Source of the DNA: Porticoccus sp.
GTDB lineage: Bacteria; Pseudomonadota; Gammaproteobacteria; Pseudomonadales; Porticoccaceae
DNA: 33,310 bases
Assembly: GCA_036960905.1 (NCBI GenBank)
Contig: JBALWM010000004.1
Span: 1 to 33,310, forward strand
Reading direction: 5' to 3'
The notes below the pieces were generated by a model that searched no databases, was not told where the DNA came from, and saw nothing but the letters and a program-made list of their open reading frames with translations. The position numbers were made by a program, and so were the translations under genes. Below, piece after piece: positions 12,462-21,549 of the stretch. Every line of letters starts with the position of its first letter. Within the stretch, counting starts at the first letter, position 1.

Positions 12462-13325
12462 TTACGAGGTCTTTTTAAGAGGGGAACGTAAAGCTTCCAG
12501 ACCGTGCTGGAGATCAAGCAAGTGCTCCTGAAGCTGGCCACCCTTGTGCTTGGCAACCCCAATGGCCAGAACATCAATCACCACCAAGTGTGCAATGCGG
12601 GAAGAGAGAGGCGTGTATATCTGAATATCTTCCTTAGCATCGATGGTGAGTGGAATAGTGGCTGCTTCTGCCACAGGGGTGCCTGAGGGGGCCATGCCAA
12701 TGACAATAGCACCTCGGCTTTTTACCCGTTCAATGGCATTGATCAGGGTGGTGGTGCGCCCGGATTGAGAGATGGCAATAACCACATCGCCAGGCGCCAT
12801 AGAGGTTGCCGACATATTTTGTAGGTGGGGGTCCGAATAGGCCGCCGCCGATACCTGTAAGCGGAAAAATTTGTGTTGGGCATCAAAGGCTACGGCAGCC
12901 GATGCACCGAAGCCATAAAACTCCACTCGATTGGCAGCACAAATGGCTTTGACCGCACGATCCAGCATGTCCAGGTCAAGTGAATCCCTGACTTTTAGCA
13001 GGGTATCCACTGTAGAGTCGAACACTTTGAACGTGTATTCAGAGACAGAATCTTTATCCGTTACTGCTATTTGACCGTAACTGGGACTAGACGCTAACTG
13101 CTGGGCCAGGGCTAATTTGAAATCCTGAAAACCATCACACCCCACCGCGCGACAAAAACGTACCACCGTGGGTTCACTGACCTCGGCAGATTCTGCCAAA
13201 TCGACAATTCTCATCCGAATAACCTCAGTGAGGTTGGCCAGAATAAATTCTGCCACTTTACGCTCGGATTTCCGCATATTGTGCAGATTATTACTGATCG
13301 ATAGTGTGAGCTCTGCCGGCTTCAT
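12462..13325 (-). CDS. hexR: RpiR-family regulator, HexR/RccR type
   Basis: RKSERKVA, VSEPTVVRFCR HTH, SIS domain VEFYGFGAS..DAQHKFFRL, YTPLSSRIAHLVVIDVLA. Linkage to uvrD matches the Pseudomonas RccR (HexR1) paralog. Confidence 0.88.
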   Translation of the reverse strand: MKPAELTLSISNNLHNMRKSERKVAEFILANLTEVIRMRIVDLAESAEVSEPTVVRFCRAVGCDGFQDFKLALAQQLASSPSYGQIAVTDKDSVSEYTFKVFDSTVDTLLKVRDSLDLDMLDRAVKAICAANRVEFYGFGASAAVAFDAQHKFFRLQVSAAAYSDPHLQNMSATSMAPGDVVIAISQSGRTTTLINAIERVKSRGAIVIGMAPSGTPVAEAATIPLTIDAKEDIQIYTPLSSRIAHLVVIDVLAIGVAKHKGGQLQEHLLDLQHGLEALRSPLKKTS

Positions 13326-13352
13326 GGCATGTTTCCTTGTGTGAAGCGCCCA

Positions 13353-13369
13353 TTGTAAATAATTTACAA
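13353..13369. promoter_or_regulatory. HexR-type operator
   Basis: Perfect palindrome TTGTAAAT-A-ATTTACAA fitting TGTAR-N5-YTACA, 27 nt upstream of the hexR start. Confidence 0.75.
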
Positions 13370-13466
13370 GAAAATGGAATTCTTGTAGTTTGAGAAATGC
13401 TGAAAATAATCGAATAAACAGGTACTGCCACCCTTTGAGAGGCCGGTTCTGCTAGAATTCTGCTCC

Positions 13467-15635
13467 ATGGATGTCACAGCAATTCTCGACCCTCTCAACC
13501 CCGCACAACGCGAAGCCGTCTCCAATACCGATAACCATTTATTGGTGCTTGCGGGTGCCGGTAGTGGTAAAACTCGTGTACTGGTGCATCGAATTGCCTG
13601 GTTAATCCAGGTGGAACAGCTATCGCCTTACGGGGTGCTGGCTGTCACCTTTACCAATAAAGCTGCCAAGGAAATGCGCGGTCGCTTGGATGACATGCTC
13701 GGCTATTCGTCTCAGGGTATGTGGGTGGGTACCTTTCATGGCCTGGCGCATCGATTGCTAAAGATGCATTGGCAAGATGCGGGTTTACCAGAGAACTTCC
13801 AGATACTGGATAGCGATGACCAGCTGCGGTTGGTTAAGCGTGTTTACCAAGCACTGGGTATTGATGACAGCCGTTGGCCCTATCGCCAGGCACAGTCATT
13901 TATTAATAGCCAGAAAGATGAAGGGCTGCGCTCCAAGCATTTGCAGCCCGCACAAGACCCCTATCAACGCACCATGTTGCAGATCTACGCCAGCTATGAA
14001 GAGGCCTGTGAGCGTGGCGGCATGGTAGATTTTGGTGAGCTGCTGCTGCGTGCCCATGAGCTCTGGCTCAACAAGCCTGAATTACTGGCCCATTATCAGC
14101 AACGTTTCGGCCAAATTTTGGTGGATGAATTTCAGGATACCAACGCCATTCAATATGCGTGGCTGAGGGTGTTGGCTGGACAAAATATTCGCATCACTGC
14201 TGTGGGTGATGATGACCAATCCATCTATGGTTGGCGTGGTGCCAAGGTAGAGAATATTCTCAATTTCAATCGTGATTATCCAGATACTGCCACTGTGAGA
14301 CTGGAGCAAAACTACCGCTCTACCAAAAATATTCTTGAGGCGGCTAATGCGGTTATTTCCCGCAATACCGACAGGTTGGGCAAAAACCTTTGGACAGAGG
14401 ATGCCGAGGGTGAGCTGATTTCACTTTACTCTGCTTTTAATGAACACGATGAAGCACGCTTTATTGCTGACCGCCTTAACGACTGGGTAAAGGACGGCAA
14501 CTTGCGCAGCGAATCCGCTATTCTTTATCGTTCCAATGCCCAATCGCGGGTATTAGAGGAAGCACTATTACGCGCCCAGATACCCTATCGAATCTACGGT
14601 GGCCAGAAATTCTACGAGCGTCAGGAAATTCGCAACGCCCTAGCCTATCTGCGATTAATCATTAATCGCAATGATGATGCGGCATTTGAACGGGTGGTGA
14701 ATACACCCACACGGGGTATTGGGGACAAAACCATACAGGTTTTGCGGCAGTTTGCTCGTGATGAAGGTATGTCCATGTGGAGTGCTGTGGAAAAGGCTGT
14801 TGCCAACGGTGAACTTTCGGGGCGAGCCAGTAGCGCGGTGCAGGGTTTTATCTCATTGATTAATCAGCTAGACCAGGACAGCACAGGTTTACCCCTACAC
14901 GAGCAGGTAGATCATGCAATTGAAGGCTGTGGTTTGATCGACTTCCATCGTCGTGAAAAGGGCGATCGTGGACAGTCTAGGGTAGAGAACTTGCAAGAAT
15001 TGGTTGTTGCTTGCCGGAGTTTTGAGCCAGAGGATAAAGAGCAGCCCGCCCTACCCCAGTTCCTCGATCAAGCAGCATTAGATGCCGGAGACCGTCAGGC
15101 AGATGAGGGTGAAGATGCTGTACAGTTGATGACACTGCACTCGGCCAAAGGGCTAGAGTTTCCACTGGTATTTCTGGCGGGCATGGAAGAAAACCTGTTT
15201 CCCCACCGTATGTCAGCGGAAGATCCAGGTCGCCTCGAAGAAGAACGAAGGCTGGCCTACGTGGGCATCACCCGTGCCATGCAAAAACTATATCTGACCT
15301 TTGCGGAGTCTCGTCAGCAGTACGGCACAGAAAGCTACAACAGCGTGTCCCGTTTCGTGCGAGATATTCCCACGGAGTATATTGAAGAGGTTCGTTTGAG
15401 GGCACAGGTTACCCGGCCCACCAGTTATGCCAAAAAACCAGCAATGGGTCTCAGTGACTCGGGTGCAGACACTGGTTTAACCCTGGGCCAGCGAGTTCAG
15501 CACCAGGTTTTTGGTGAGGGTGTCATCTTAAACTTTGAGGGTAACGGTCCCAACGCCCGGATACAGGTCAATTTTGATACTGCTGGCAGTAAATGGTTGG
15601 TGCAGTCCTACGCTAAACTAAGTCCGCTGTACTGA
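13467..15635 (+). CDS. uvrD: DNA helicase II
   Basis: AGAGSGKT, LVDEFQD, VGDDDQSIYGWRGA, TLHSAKGLEF, EEERRLAYVGITRA, C-terminal Tudor-like domain. Confidence 0.97.
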   Translation: MDVTAILDPLNPAQREAVSNTDNHLLVLAGAGSGKTRVLVHRIAWLIQVEQLSPYGVLAVTFTNKAAKEMRGRLDDMLGYSSQGMWVGTFHGLAHRLLKMHWQDAGLPENFQILDSDDQLRLVKRVYQALGIDDSRWPYRQAQSFINSQKDEGLRSKHLQPAQDPYQRTMLQIYASYEEACERGGMVDFGELLLRAHELWLNKPELLAHYQQRFGQILVDEFQDTNAIQYAWLRVLAGQNIRITAVGDDDQSIYGWRGAKVENILNFNRDYPDTATVRLEQNYRSTKNILEAANAVISRNTDRLGKNLWTEDAEGELISLYSAFNEHDEARFIADRLNDWVKDGNLRSESAILYRSNAQSRVLEEALLRAQIPYRIYGGQKFYERQEIRNALAYLRLIINRNDDAAFERVVNTPTRGIGDKTIQVLRQFARDEGMSMWSAVEKAVANGELSGRASSAVQGFISLINQLDQDSTGLPLHEQVDHAIEGCGLIDFHRREKGDRGQSRVENLQELVVACRSFEPEDKEQPALPQFLDQAALDAGDRQADEGEDAVQLMTLHSAKGLEFPLVFLAGMEENLFPHRMSAEDPGRLEEERRLAYVGITRAMQKLYLTFAESRQQYGTESYNSVSRFVRDIPTEYIEEVRLRAQVTRPTSYAKKPAMGLSDSGADTGLTLGQRVQHQVFGEGVILNFEGNGPNARIQVNFDTAGSKWLVQSYAKLSPLY

Positions 15636-15703
15636 TACGCCTCAGAAAATCGGGCCCCAACCAGTGAGTGACAAGCTAAATGGTGAATAACAAGAGGAAC
15701 ACC

Positions 15704-16843
15704 ATGAAAACACAATTTCTGAACTTGAAGACATTATTGGCCGTGACATTGTTAACCGTCTTAGCGGGATGTGGTGGAGGCTCAAGTAGTGGTGCTGATA
15801 GTGGAAGCGGCTCAGCCGCAGAGCCGGTACAGCAAGTAGCACCCCAAAAAATGTACAAGTGGAAGATGGTGACCACCTGGCCGAAAAACTTCCCCGGCTT
15901 GGGTATGGCGGCAGAAAATTTCTCCACCCTGGTGGAAAAAATGAGCGGCGGAAGGCTTCAGGTCAAAGTCTATGGCGCAGGCCAGCTAGTACCTGCATTG
16001 GAAACCTTTGATGCCGTTTCCCAAGGTACAGCAGAAATGGGCCATAGTGCCTCCTACTACTGGAAGGGAAAAACCCGCACCTCAGCATTGTTTACCACCG
16101 TCCCCTTTGGCCTCAATGCTCAGGAAATGAACAGCTGGCTGCATTACGGTGGTGGCATGGCGCTGTGGAAAGAGCTCTATGAGCCTTTTAACCTGATACC
16201 GTTGGCAGCGGGTAATACCGGTGTACAAATGGCCGGTTGGTTTAACAAAGAAATCAATTCTCTGGCAGACCTTGAAGGCCTGAAAATGAGAATTCCCGGT
16301 ATTGGTGGTGAGGTGGTCAGTCGTGTGGGTGTGGAAGCTGTCAATATTCCCGGTGGTGAACTGTATACCTCCATGCAAACCGGTGTGATTGACGCTACAG
16401 AATGGGTTGGCCCCTACAATGATTTGGCCTTTGGTTTCCATCAGGTCGCCAAATACTACTATTATCCCGGTTGGCACGAGCCAGGCCCTACCCTTGAACT
16501 AATCGTTAACAAGCAAGCCTATGAATCACTGCCCGAGGATTTACAGGCTATCGTAGAAGGTGCTGCGCGAGCGATTAATCAGGATATGCTGGACGACTAT
16601 ACTGCACGTAACAACGCCGCACTGGATGAGTTGGTAAATACCCACGGTGTAGAGTTACGGCAGTTACCCGATGATGTGTTGGTGGAATTAAACCGAATTA
16701 CCCAACAGGTATTGGAAGAAATTTCAGCTGATGATGCTGGCTTTAAAAAAGTGTATGAGTCACAAAAAGCTTTTCAGGAACAGGCTATCAAATACCATAA
16801 GATTTCAGAGCAAGCGTATTATCGGGCGCGAGAGCTTAAGTAA
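15704..16843 (+). CDS. dctP: TRAP transporter substrate-binding protein (DctP, TakP-like), lipoprotein
   Basis: WKMVTTWP, ASYYWKGK, GLKMRIPG, IDATEWVGPYND, YYYPGWHEPG; lipobox LAGC then Gly/Ser linker; start at ATG 15704 after GAGG. Confidence 0.9.
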   Translation: MKTQFLNLKTLLAVTLLTVLAGCGGGSSSGADSGSGSAAEPVQQVAPQKMYKWKMVTTWPKNFPGLGMAAENFSTLVEKMSGGRLQVKVYGAGQLVPALETFDAVSQGTAEMGHSASYYWKGKTRTSALFTTVPFGLNAQEMNSWLHYGGGMALWKELYEPFNLIPLAAGNTGVQMAGWFNKEINSLADLEGLKMRIPGIGGEVVSRVGVEAVNIPGGELYTSMQTGVIDATEWVGPYNDLAFGFHQVAKYYYYPGWHEPGPTLELIVNKQAYESLPEDLQAIVEGAARAINQDMLDDYTARNNAALDELVNTHGVELRQLPDDVLVELNRITQQVLEEISADDAGFKKVYESQKAFQEQAIKYHKISEQAYYRARELK

Positions 16844-17006
16844 GATAAGAGTATTTTTATACAGCATCTAAAGACTTAAACAAATAATTTCTTCAAATTT
16901 TTCTACTAAATTTTTGGGTAGTAAAAAAATTTAAATAAGTGGAGATATAAATAAGAATTAAATAATGTTTATTATCTAATAATTCCTTTTGATAGGTGGC
17001 CCCAAA

Positions 17007-17519
17007 TTATTTAGGGTTGTCTGGAGCAAGGATGATATCAGCAAACTCTTTTGGTGTTTTTGAGATAGTTCTATTCTTAACAGCGGTAAATTTTTCTCTA
17101 TTGCCCTCTGTAGCACCTTCATTACATTCACCATATATTTCTGAGCGACTTCGCTCAAAATAGCTATTGATAGTGGTATATCCTTCTCGACAGAAACCGG
17201 TTTCAGCTAATTTGGCCTCAAGCTGAGAAAAAGTTTTTTCTTTTAGTTCGTTTTTTATATTTTCAACGTTTTGCTTTTGACCACCCACTTGGCCCTTTCC
17301 ACCACCACCTCGACCCATTCCACCACCCATACCTCGCATGTCGCCTCTTGAGCCTGTGGGTGTTTCTATATTTATTTTGTAGGTGAATATCTTAAGATCA
17401 TTTTCTTTGATATCTGTCTCAAAAAATTCATCAAAATTAGGTTTTTTCTCAGGCTGACTTGCACATGCAAATAAGCCAGTGGTAAAAAATATTACGAGAA
17501 GGCGCTGCCAGTTATTCAT
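17007..17519 (-). CDS. Hypothetical lipoprotein with Gly/Arg/Met-rich loop
   Basis: Signal peptide with LFAC lipobox, AGGA RBS, low-complexity GSRGDMRGMGGGMGRGGGGKG, two further Cys (FCREGY, GECNE). Confidence 0.75.
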   Translation of the reverse strand: MNNWQRLLVIFFTTGLFACASQPEKKPNFDEFFETDIKENDLKIFTYKINIETPTGSRGDMRGMGGGMGRGGGGKGQVGGQKQNVENIKNELKEKTFSQLEAKLAETGFCREGYTTINSYFERSRSEIYGECNEGATEGNREKFTAVKNRTISKTPKEFADIILAPDNPK

Positions 17520-17668
17520 GTGGAAATCCTATAAGGGATGGGGAAAGCAATACGGAATACCGTGTTGTTAACGCTTAGGATTATATTTGGTTGACAGTCC
17601 GTTAAATAAAAATCTAAAAAGAGTAAAAAAATGGAATCAGTATATAAACAGGAGTTATTTAAGCGACT

Positions 17669-18262
17669 TTAGCAAAGGTCTAATTCGTTGTGAATCAGCA
17701 CCACACATTGGGACGCAAATAGCATTTTTGGCCCCAGGCTGATTTTTTCTGCGCCTAACCGTTTCAAACTGTTGAAACTCTTTTTTGGCATCTGGATATG
17801 GTCGGTAAGTAAAAAGCAGGGGTTATCCTCAAACACCTGTTCACGAATAGGCGTACCTTTCTTGTCCATAACAAATAATTGATGTTCTTCTGCCAGCTCT
17901 TGTACCAGCTTTTCAAAGCTGATGGTACGGACAGTAATACCGGCTTCCACGTTACGCTCGTCCTCCTTGGTCATCCCTGTGGAGACATCCAGAGCCTTGG
18001 CGACTTTTCCAAGCAGTGCTTGTTCGTGAAAACCACCGATATTGCGCATATCACTTGCTTTAAAATAGATGGTGCGGGAGAAGTCCTGGGTGCTTTCCAA
18101 CACCAGATAAACAACGACATCATCACGGTGAGACTGCGCGACAAAGATGGCATTCATCAGGGTGTGAGCCAGAATTTCGGTGTGAGCATCTTGGCCAACA
18201 GACGCCAATAGGCGCTGACTGTCGGTGGGGGCTGCTCTGGCTCGTAATACAAAGGTGCGCAT
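17669..18262 (-). CDS. trmY: tRNA (pseudouridine54-N1)-methyltransferase TrmY-like SPOUT protein
   Basis: MRTFVLRAR, AIFVAQSHR, FLLTDHI, ISLGPKMLFASQCV motifs of the TrmY (DUF358) family. Confidence 0.88.
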   Translation of the reverse strand: MRTFVLRARAAPTDSQRLLASVGQDAHTEILAHTLMNAIFVAQSHRDDVVVYLVLESTQDFSRTIYFKASDMRNIGGFHEQALLGKVAKALDVSTGMTKEDERNVEAGITVRTISFEKLVQELAEEHQLFVMDKKGTPIREQVFEDNPCFLLTDHIQMPKKSFNSLKRLGAEKISLGPKMLFASQCVVLIHNELDLC

Positions 18263-18277
18263 GGATAATAATGCTCT

Positions 18278-18592
18278 TTAGTGTTTTTCCAGTTTCTTTA
18301 AGAAGACGGCAATTTCTCTCTCAGTTTGTTTGTCACCTTTTAACACGGCCTGCTCCATGCCTGTTTCCAGTGTCATTTTGGCCTGCTCGCTCAAACCTAA
18401 TTTAATTTGTGCCCGCCCCAATAGTTTGTAGGCGGCAGAATAGCTGTTATCCCACTCGATACATTTTTGCAGGTGTGGAATAGCTTGTTGATAGTTTTTG
18501 CCATTGAAGTAGGCGCTGCCAAGACCAAATCGGAGCATGGCGGAATCATTGCCGTTGGCTAACATCTTCTCCAGGTTTTCAGTGAGCGGCAT
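18278..18592 (-). CDS. Small tetratricopeptide-repeat protein
   Basis: LEKMLANG.DSAMLRFGLG, YSAAYKLLG, GDKQ..REI.VFLKKL; resembles the conserved TPR gene next to trkA in pseudomonads; start may be 18604. Confidence 0.82.
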   Translation of the reverse strand: MPLTENLEKMLANGNDSAMLRFGLGSAYFNGKNYQQAIPHLQKCIEWDNSYSAAYKLLGRAQIKLGLSEQAKMTLETGMEQAVLKGDKQTEREIAVFLKKLEKH

Positions 18593-18634
18593 AAGAGCAC
18601 CCATCAGTGCTTTGCTGTGTCGTGCTGGGCTGAG

Positions 18635-20086
18635 TTATCTGCGCCAGAACATGGGGGTAAATAATACCAGTAGGGTAAAAATTTCCAGCCGCCCCAAAAT
18701 CATGCCACTACAGAGCACCCATTTGGCAAATATATTGATATCACCATAGTGAGAGGCGACTTCACCCAAGCCAGGGCCAAGATTATTCAATGCGGCGGCA
18801 GTGGCTGACCAGGCAGTAATATAGTCCAGCCCGGACGCCATCAGTAGTAAAACCATAAAGTAGAAGACGGCCAGATAAACGCCGACGAAAGCCCAAATGG
18901 CATCAGTAATTCTATCCGGTACATGCTTATTCCGTATCTTGATGGGGAATATGGCGCTGGGATGAATCAACCGATAGATTTCTCGGATGCCCTGCTTGGC
19001 AAGAATCAGCATTCGGCCCATTTTAATGCCACCACCAGTAGACCCCGCACAGGCACCAAAGAAGGAAAAGAACACTAATAGGAAGGGCACAAAGCTGGGC
19101 CAGACGCTAAAGTTGTCCGTGGCAAAGCCGGTGGTTGTCATGATTGAAACCATTTGGAAGATGCCATGATACAGGCTGTCTTCCATGTTATAGGTGCCGC
19201 TGAAATAGAGGTAGAGACAGACCAGAACGGCGCCGACTAAGAGCATCACCAGATACATTTTAGCTTCGGGGTTACGCAGGTAATGGGAAACAGATTTACG
19301 AATCCAGGCGTAGTAATGTAATCCAAAGCTAAGCCCCGAAATGATCATAAAGAAAATGCAGATACTGATGATAGCGGGGTTATTTTCGAAGTAGCCCATG
19401 CTGGCATCGTGGGTGGAGAAGCCACCGATAGCGACAGTGGAGAAGCTGTGAGCCAGGGCATCAAAAAAGGTCATCCCTGCCAGCCAGTAGGCGATCATGC
19501 AGGTGATGGTGAGGGTCACATAGATTAGAAATAGTGCTTTGGCGGTCTCTGTAATCCGTGGAGTGAGCTTGCTGTCTTTAACCGGTCCTGGTGCTTCTGC
19601 ACGGTATAGCTGCATACCACCCACACCTAACATGGGCATAACCGCCACGGCAATAACGACAATACCAATACCACCGAGCCACTGAAGCTGCTGGCGATAA
19701 TAGAGAATGGATTTGGGTAAAAGATCCAGCCCGGTAATTACCGTGGCTCCGGTGGTGGTGAGGCCAGACATGGATTCAAATAATGCATCAGTAAACGACA
19801 GATTGAGCGCATCGACTAATGCAAAGGGCAGCGCCCCCACCAGCCCTAGCTCTAGCCAAAACATGACGGTAATTAAAAACCCATCACGGGTACGCAGATC
19901 CGCCTGATTTCGGCTGTAGGGCAGCCACATCAACATACCGATAGAAAAGGTAATGGCAAAGGACAGGAAAAATGCCTGGTGGGTTCCCTCTTCATAAATA
20001 CTGGCGACCAAAATGGGCGGCAGCAGCGTCAGGCTGAAGATCATTAACAGCATGCCGAGAACTTTTGAGATAACGGTAAAGTGCAT
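18635..20086 (-). CDS. trkH: Trk potassium uptake membrane protein
   Basis: Four pore loops: SGLTTTGAT, STVAIGGFS, MTTTGFAT, LNNLGPG; GSTGGGIK, GRLEIF. Confidence 0.97.
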   Translation of the reverse strand: MHFTVISKVLGMLLMIFSLTLLPPILVASIYEEGTHQAFFLSFAITFSIGMLMWLPYSRNQADLRTRDGFLITVMFWLELGLVGALPFALVDALNLSFTDALFESMSGLTTTGATVITGLDLLPKSILYYRQQLQWLGGIGIVVIAVAVMPMLGVGGMQLYRAEAPGPVKDSKLTPRITETAKALFLIYVTLTITCMIAYWLAGMTFFDALAHSFSTVAIGGFSTHDASMGYFENNPAIISICIFFMIISGLSFGLHYYAWIRKSVSHYLRNPEAKMYLVMLLVGAVLVCLYLYFSGTYNMEDSLYHGIFQMVSIMTTTGFATDNFSVWPSFVPFLLVFFSFFGACAGSTGGGIKMGRMLILAKQGIREIYRLIHPSAIFPIKIRNKHVPDRITDAIWAFVGVYLAVFYFMVLLLMASGLDYITAWSATAAALNNLGPGLGEVASHYGDINIFAKWVLCSGMILGRLEIFTLLVLFTPMFWRR

Positions 20087-20103
20087 GATCTAATAAGGCG
20101 CCG

Positions 20104-21486
20104 TTAGAAGAAGGTGAACCCGACAGAAAATAGTTTTTCAATTTCTCGGGTACGTTTTTTGTCCACCACAAACACAATGGCGTGATCGTTATTTCTAACC
20201 ACCGTATCGTGGTGGGCAATAATGACCTCTCCATCGCGCACCAGTGCGGCGAGGGTGACTCCTGGTGGAGATTTAATATCCTGAATGGCACGATCAACCA
20301 CTTTTGAGGTTTTTTGGTCTCCATGGACAATGATTTCCAGGGCTTCGGCAGCACCCCTGCGTAGAGGGTGTGCGCACACGGTGTCACCTCGGCGCACATG
20401 GCCAAGTAGAATGCTGGTGGTCGCATGTTGTGGTGAGATGGCAATATCAATTTCACCACCCTGAACCAAGTTGGCATAAACGGGGTTGTTGATCAGTGTC
20501 ATTACTTTGCGGGCCCCCAGGCGTTTAGCCAGCAGGGATGCCATGATGTTCACTTCGTCATCATTGGTTAGCGCGAGAAATACATCGGTTTTATCAATAT
20601 TTTCTTCCAGTAATAAATCCTGATCTGTTGCTGAACCATTGAGTACCACTGTGCTATTGAGGCGCTCTGAAATGAATTCACAGCGTTTTTCGGAAAACTC
20701 AATGATCTTGATGTTGTATCTATCTTCCAGCGCCTTGGCCAGGCGGTATCCGATATTACCTCCGCCTGCGATAATTAATCGGCGATAAGGGTTATCCAGC
20801 CTTCGCAGTTCACCCATGACTTTGCGGATATTTTTCTTGGCAGCAATGAAGAAGACTTCATCGTCTTCTTCAATCACGGTATCGCCCTCTGGCACAATGG
20901 GGCGATCGCGTCGGAAAATAGCGGCAACTCGGGCATCTACCTTAGGCATATGTTCGCGCAAGAGCCGTAGTTCCTGGCCTAATAGAGGCCCACCTTTTAC
21001 CACTCGAACGGCAACTAATTGCACCAACCCATTGGCAAAATCCAATACCTGAAGGGCGCCGGGCTGCTCAATCAGTCGGTGGATATAGTCAGTGACAACC
21101 TGTTCCGGCGTGATCAGAAAATCAACAGGAAAATTATTATCGTTAAATAGGCGTTCACGATTATTTTTAGAGGTGTAACTACGATTTCTGACCCGGCCAA
21201 TCTTGGTGGGTGTTCGAAACAATGTATGAGCAACCTGACAGGCACACATATTGATTTCATCGCTGTTGGTGACAGCCACCAACATATCGGCATCTTCGAT
21301 GCCAGCACGTACCAACACATCAGGGTGGGAACCCATACCCTGAATGGTACGGATATCGAGGCGATCCTGAAGTTCCCGCAGGCGCCGTTCGTCTAGATCC
21401 ACCACAGAAATATCATTGGCTTCACTGGCGAGGTGCTCAGCAAGAGTGCCGCCGACTTGGCCGGCACCAATAATTACAATTTTCAT
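20104..21486 (-). CDS. trkA: Trk potassium uptake NAD-binding subunit
   Basis: MKIVIIGAGQVG and IAGGGNIG Rossmann motifs, two RCK units; start set at ATG 21486. Confidence 0.97.
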   Translation of the reverse strand: MKIVIIGAGQVGGTLAEHLASEANDISVVDLDERRLRELQDRLDIRTIQGMGSHPDVLVRAGIEDADMLVAVTNSDEINMCACQVAHTLFRTPTKIGRVRNRSYTSKNNRERLFNDNNFPVDFLITPEQVVTDYIHRLIEQPGALQVLDFANGLVQLVAVRVVKGGPLLGQELRLLREHMPKVDARVAAIFRRDRPIVPEGDTVIEEDDEVFFIAAKKNIRKVMGELRRLDNPYRRLIIAGGGNIGYRLAKALEDRYNIKIIEFSEKRCEFISERLNSTVVLNGSATDQDLLLEENIDKTDVFLALTNDDEVNIMASLLAKRLGARKVMTLINNPVYANLVQGGEIDIAISPQHATTSILLGHVRRGDTVCAHPLRRGAAEALEIIVHGDQKTSKVVDRAIQDIKSPPGVTLAALVRDGEVIIAHHDTVVRNNDHAIVFVVDKKRTREIEKLFSVGFTFF

Positions 21487-21549
21487 AACGGACAATCCCG
21501 TTGATTGAATCCAGGCTAGCTACTGTTAAGTATTTACGGCAGCTAGCCT

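Noticed and set aside
13390-13466. SOS box upstream of uvrD
   Set aside because: No CTG-N10-CAG found by eye
16849-16864. LexA-box-like CTGTATAAAAATACTC (minus strand)
   Set aside because: Second half-site lacks CAG, and it lies between convergent 3' ends
16895-16932. Imperfect AT-rich inverted repeat as a terminator
   Set aside because: Weak, bulged stem expected by chance in very AT-rich DNA
17281-17345. CCA/CCC repeats as a tandem repeat or CRISPR
   Set aside because: Simply glycine codons of the lipoprotein on the minus strand
11540-18277. Tn7-like island or defence system downstream of glmS
   Set aside because: No tns, integrase, nuclease or toxin genes and no terminal repeats; hexR and uvrD are core genes
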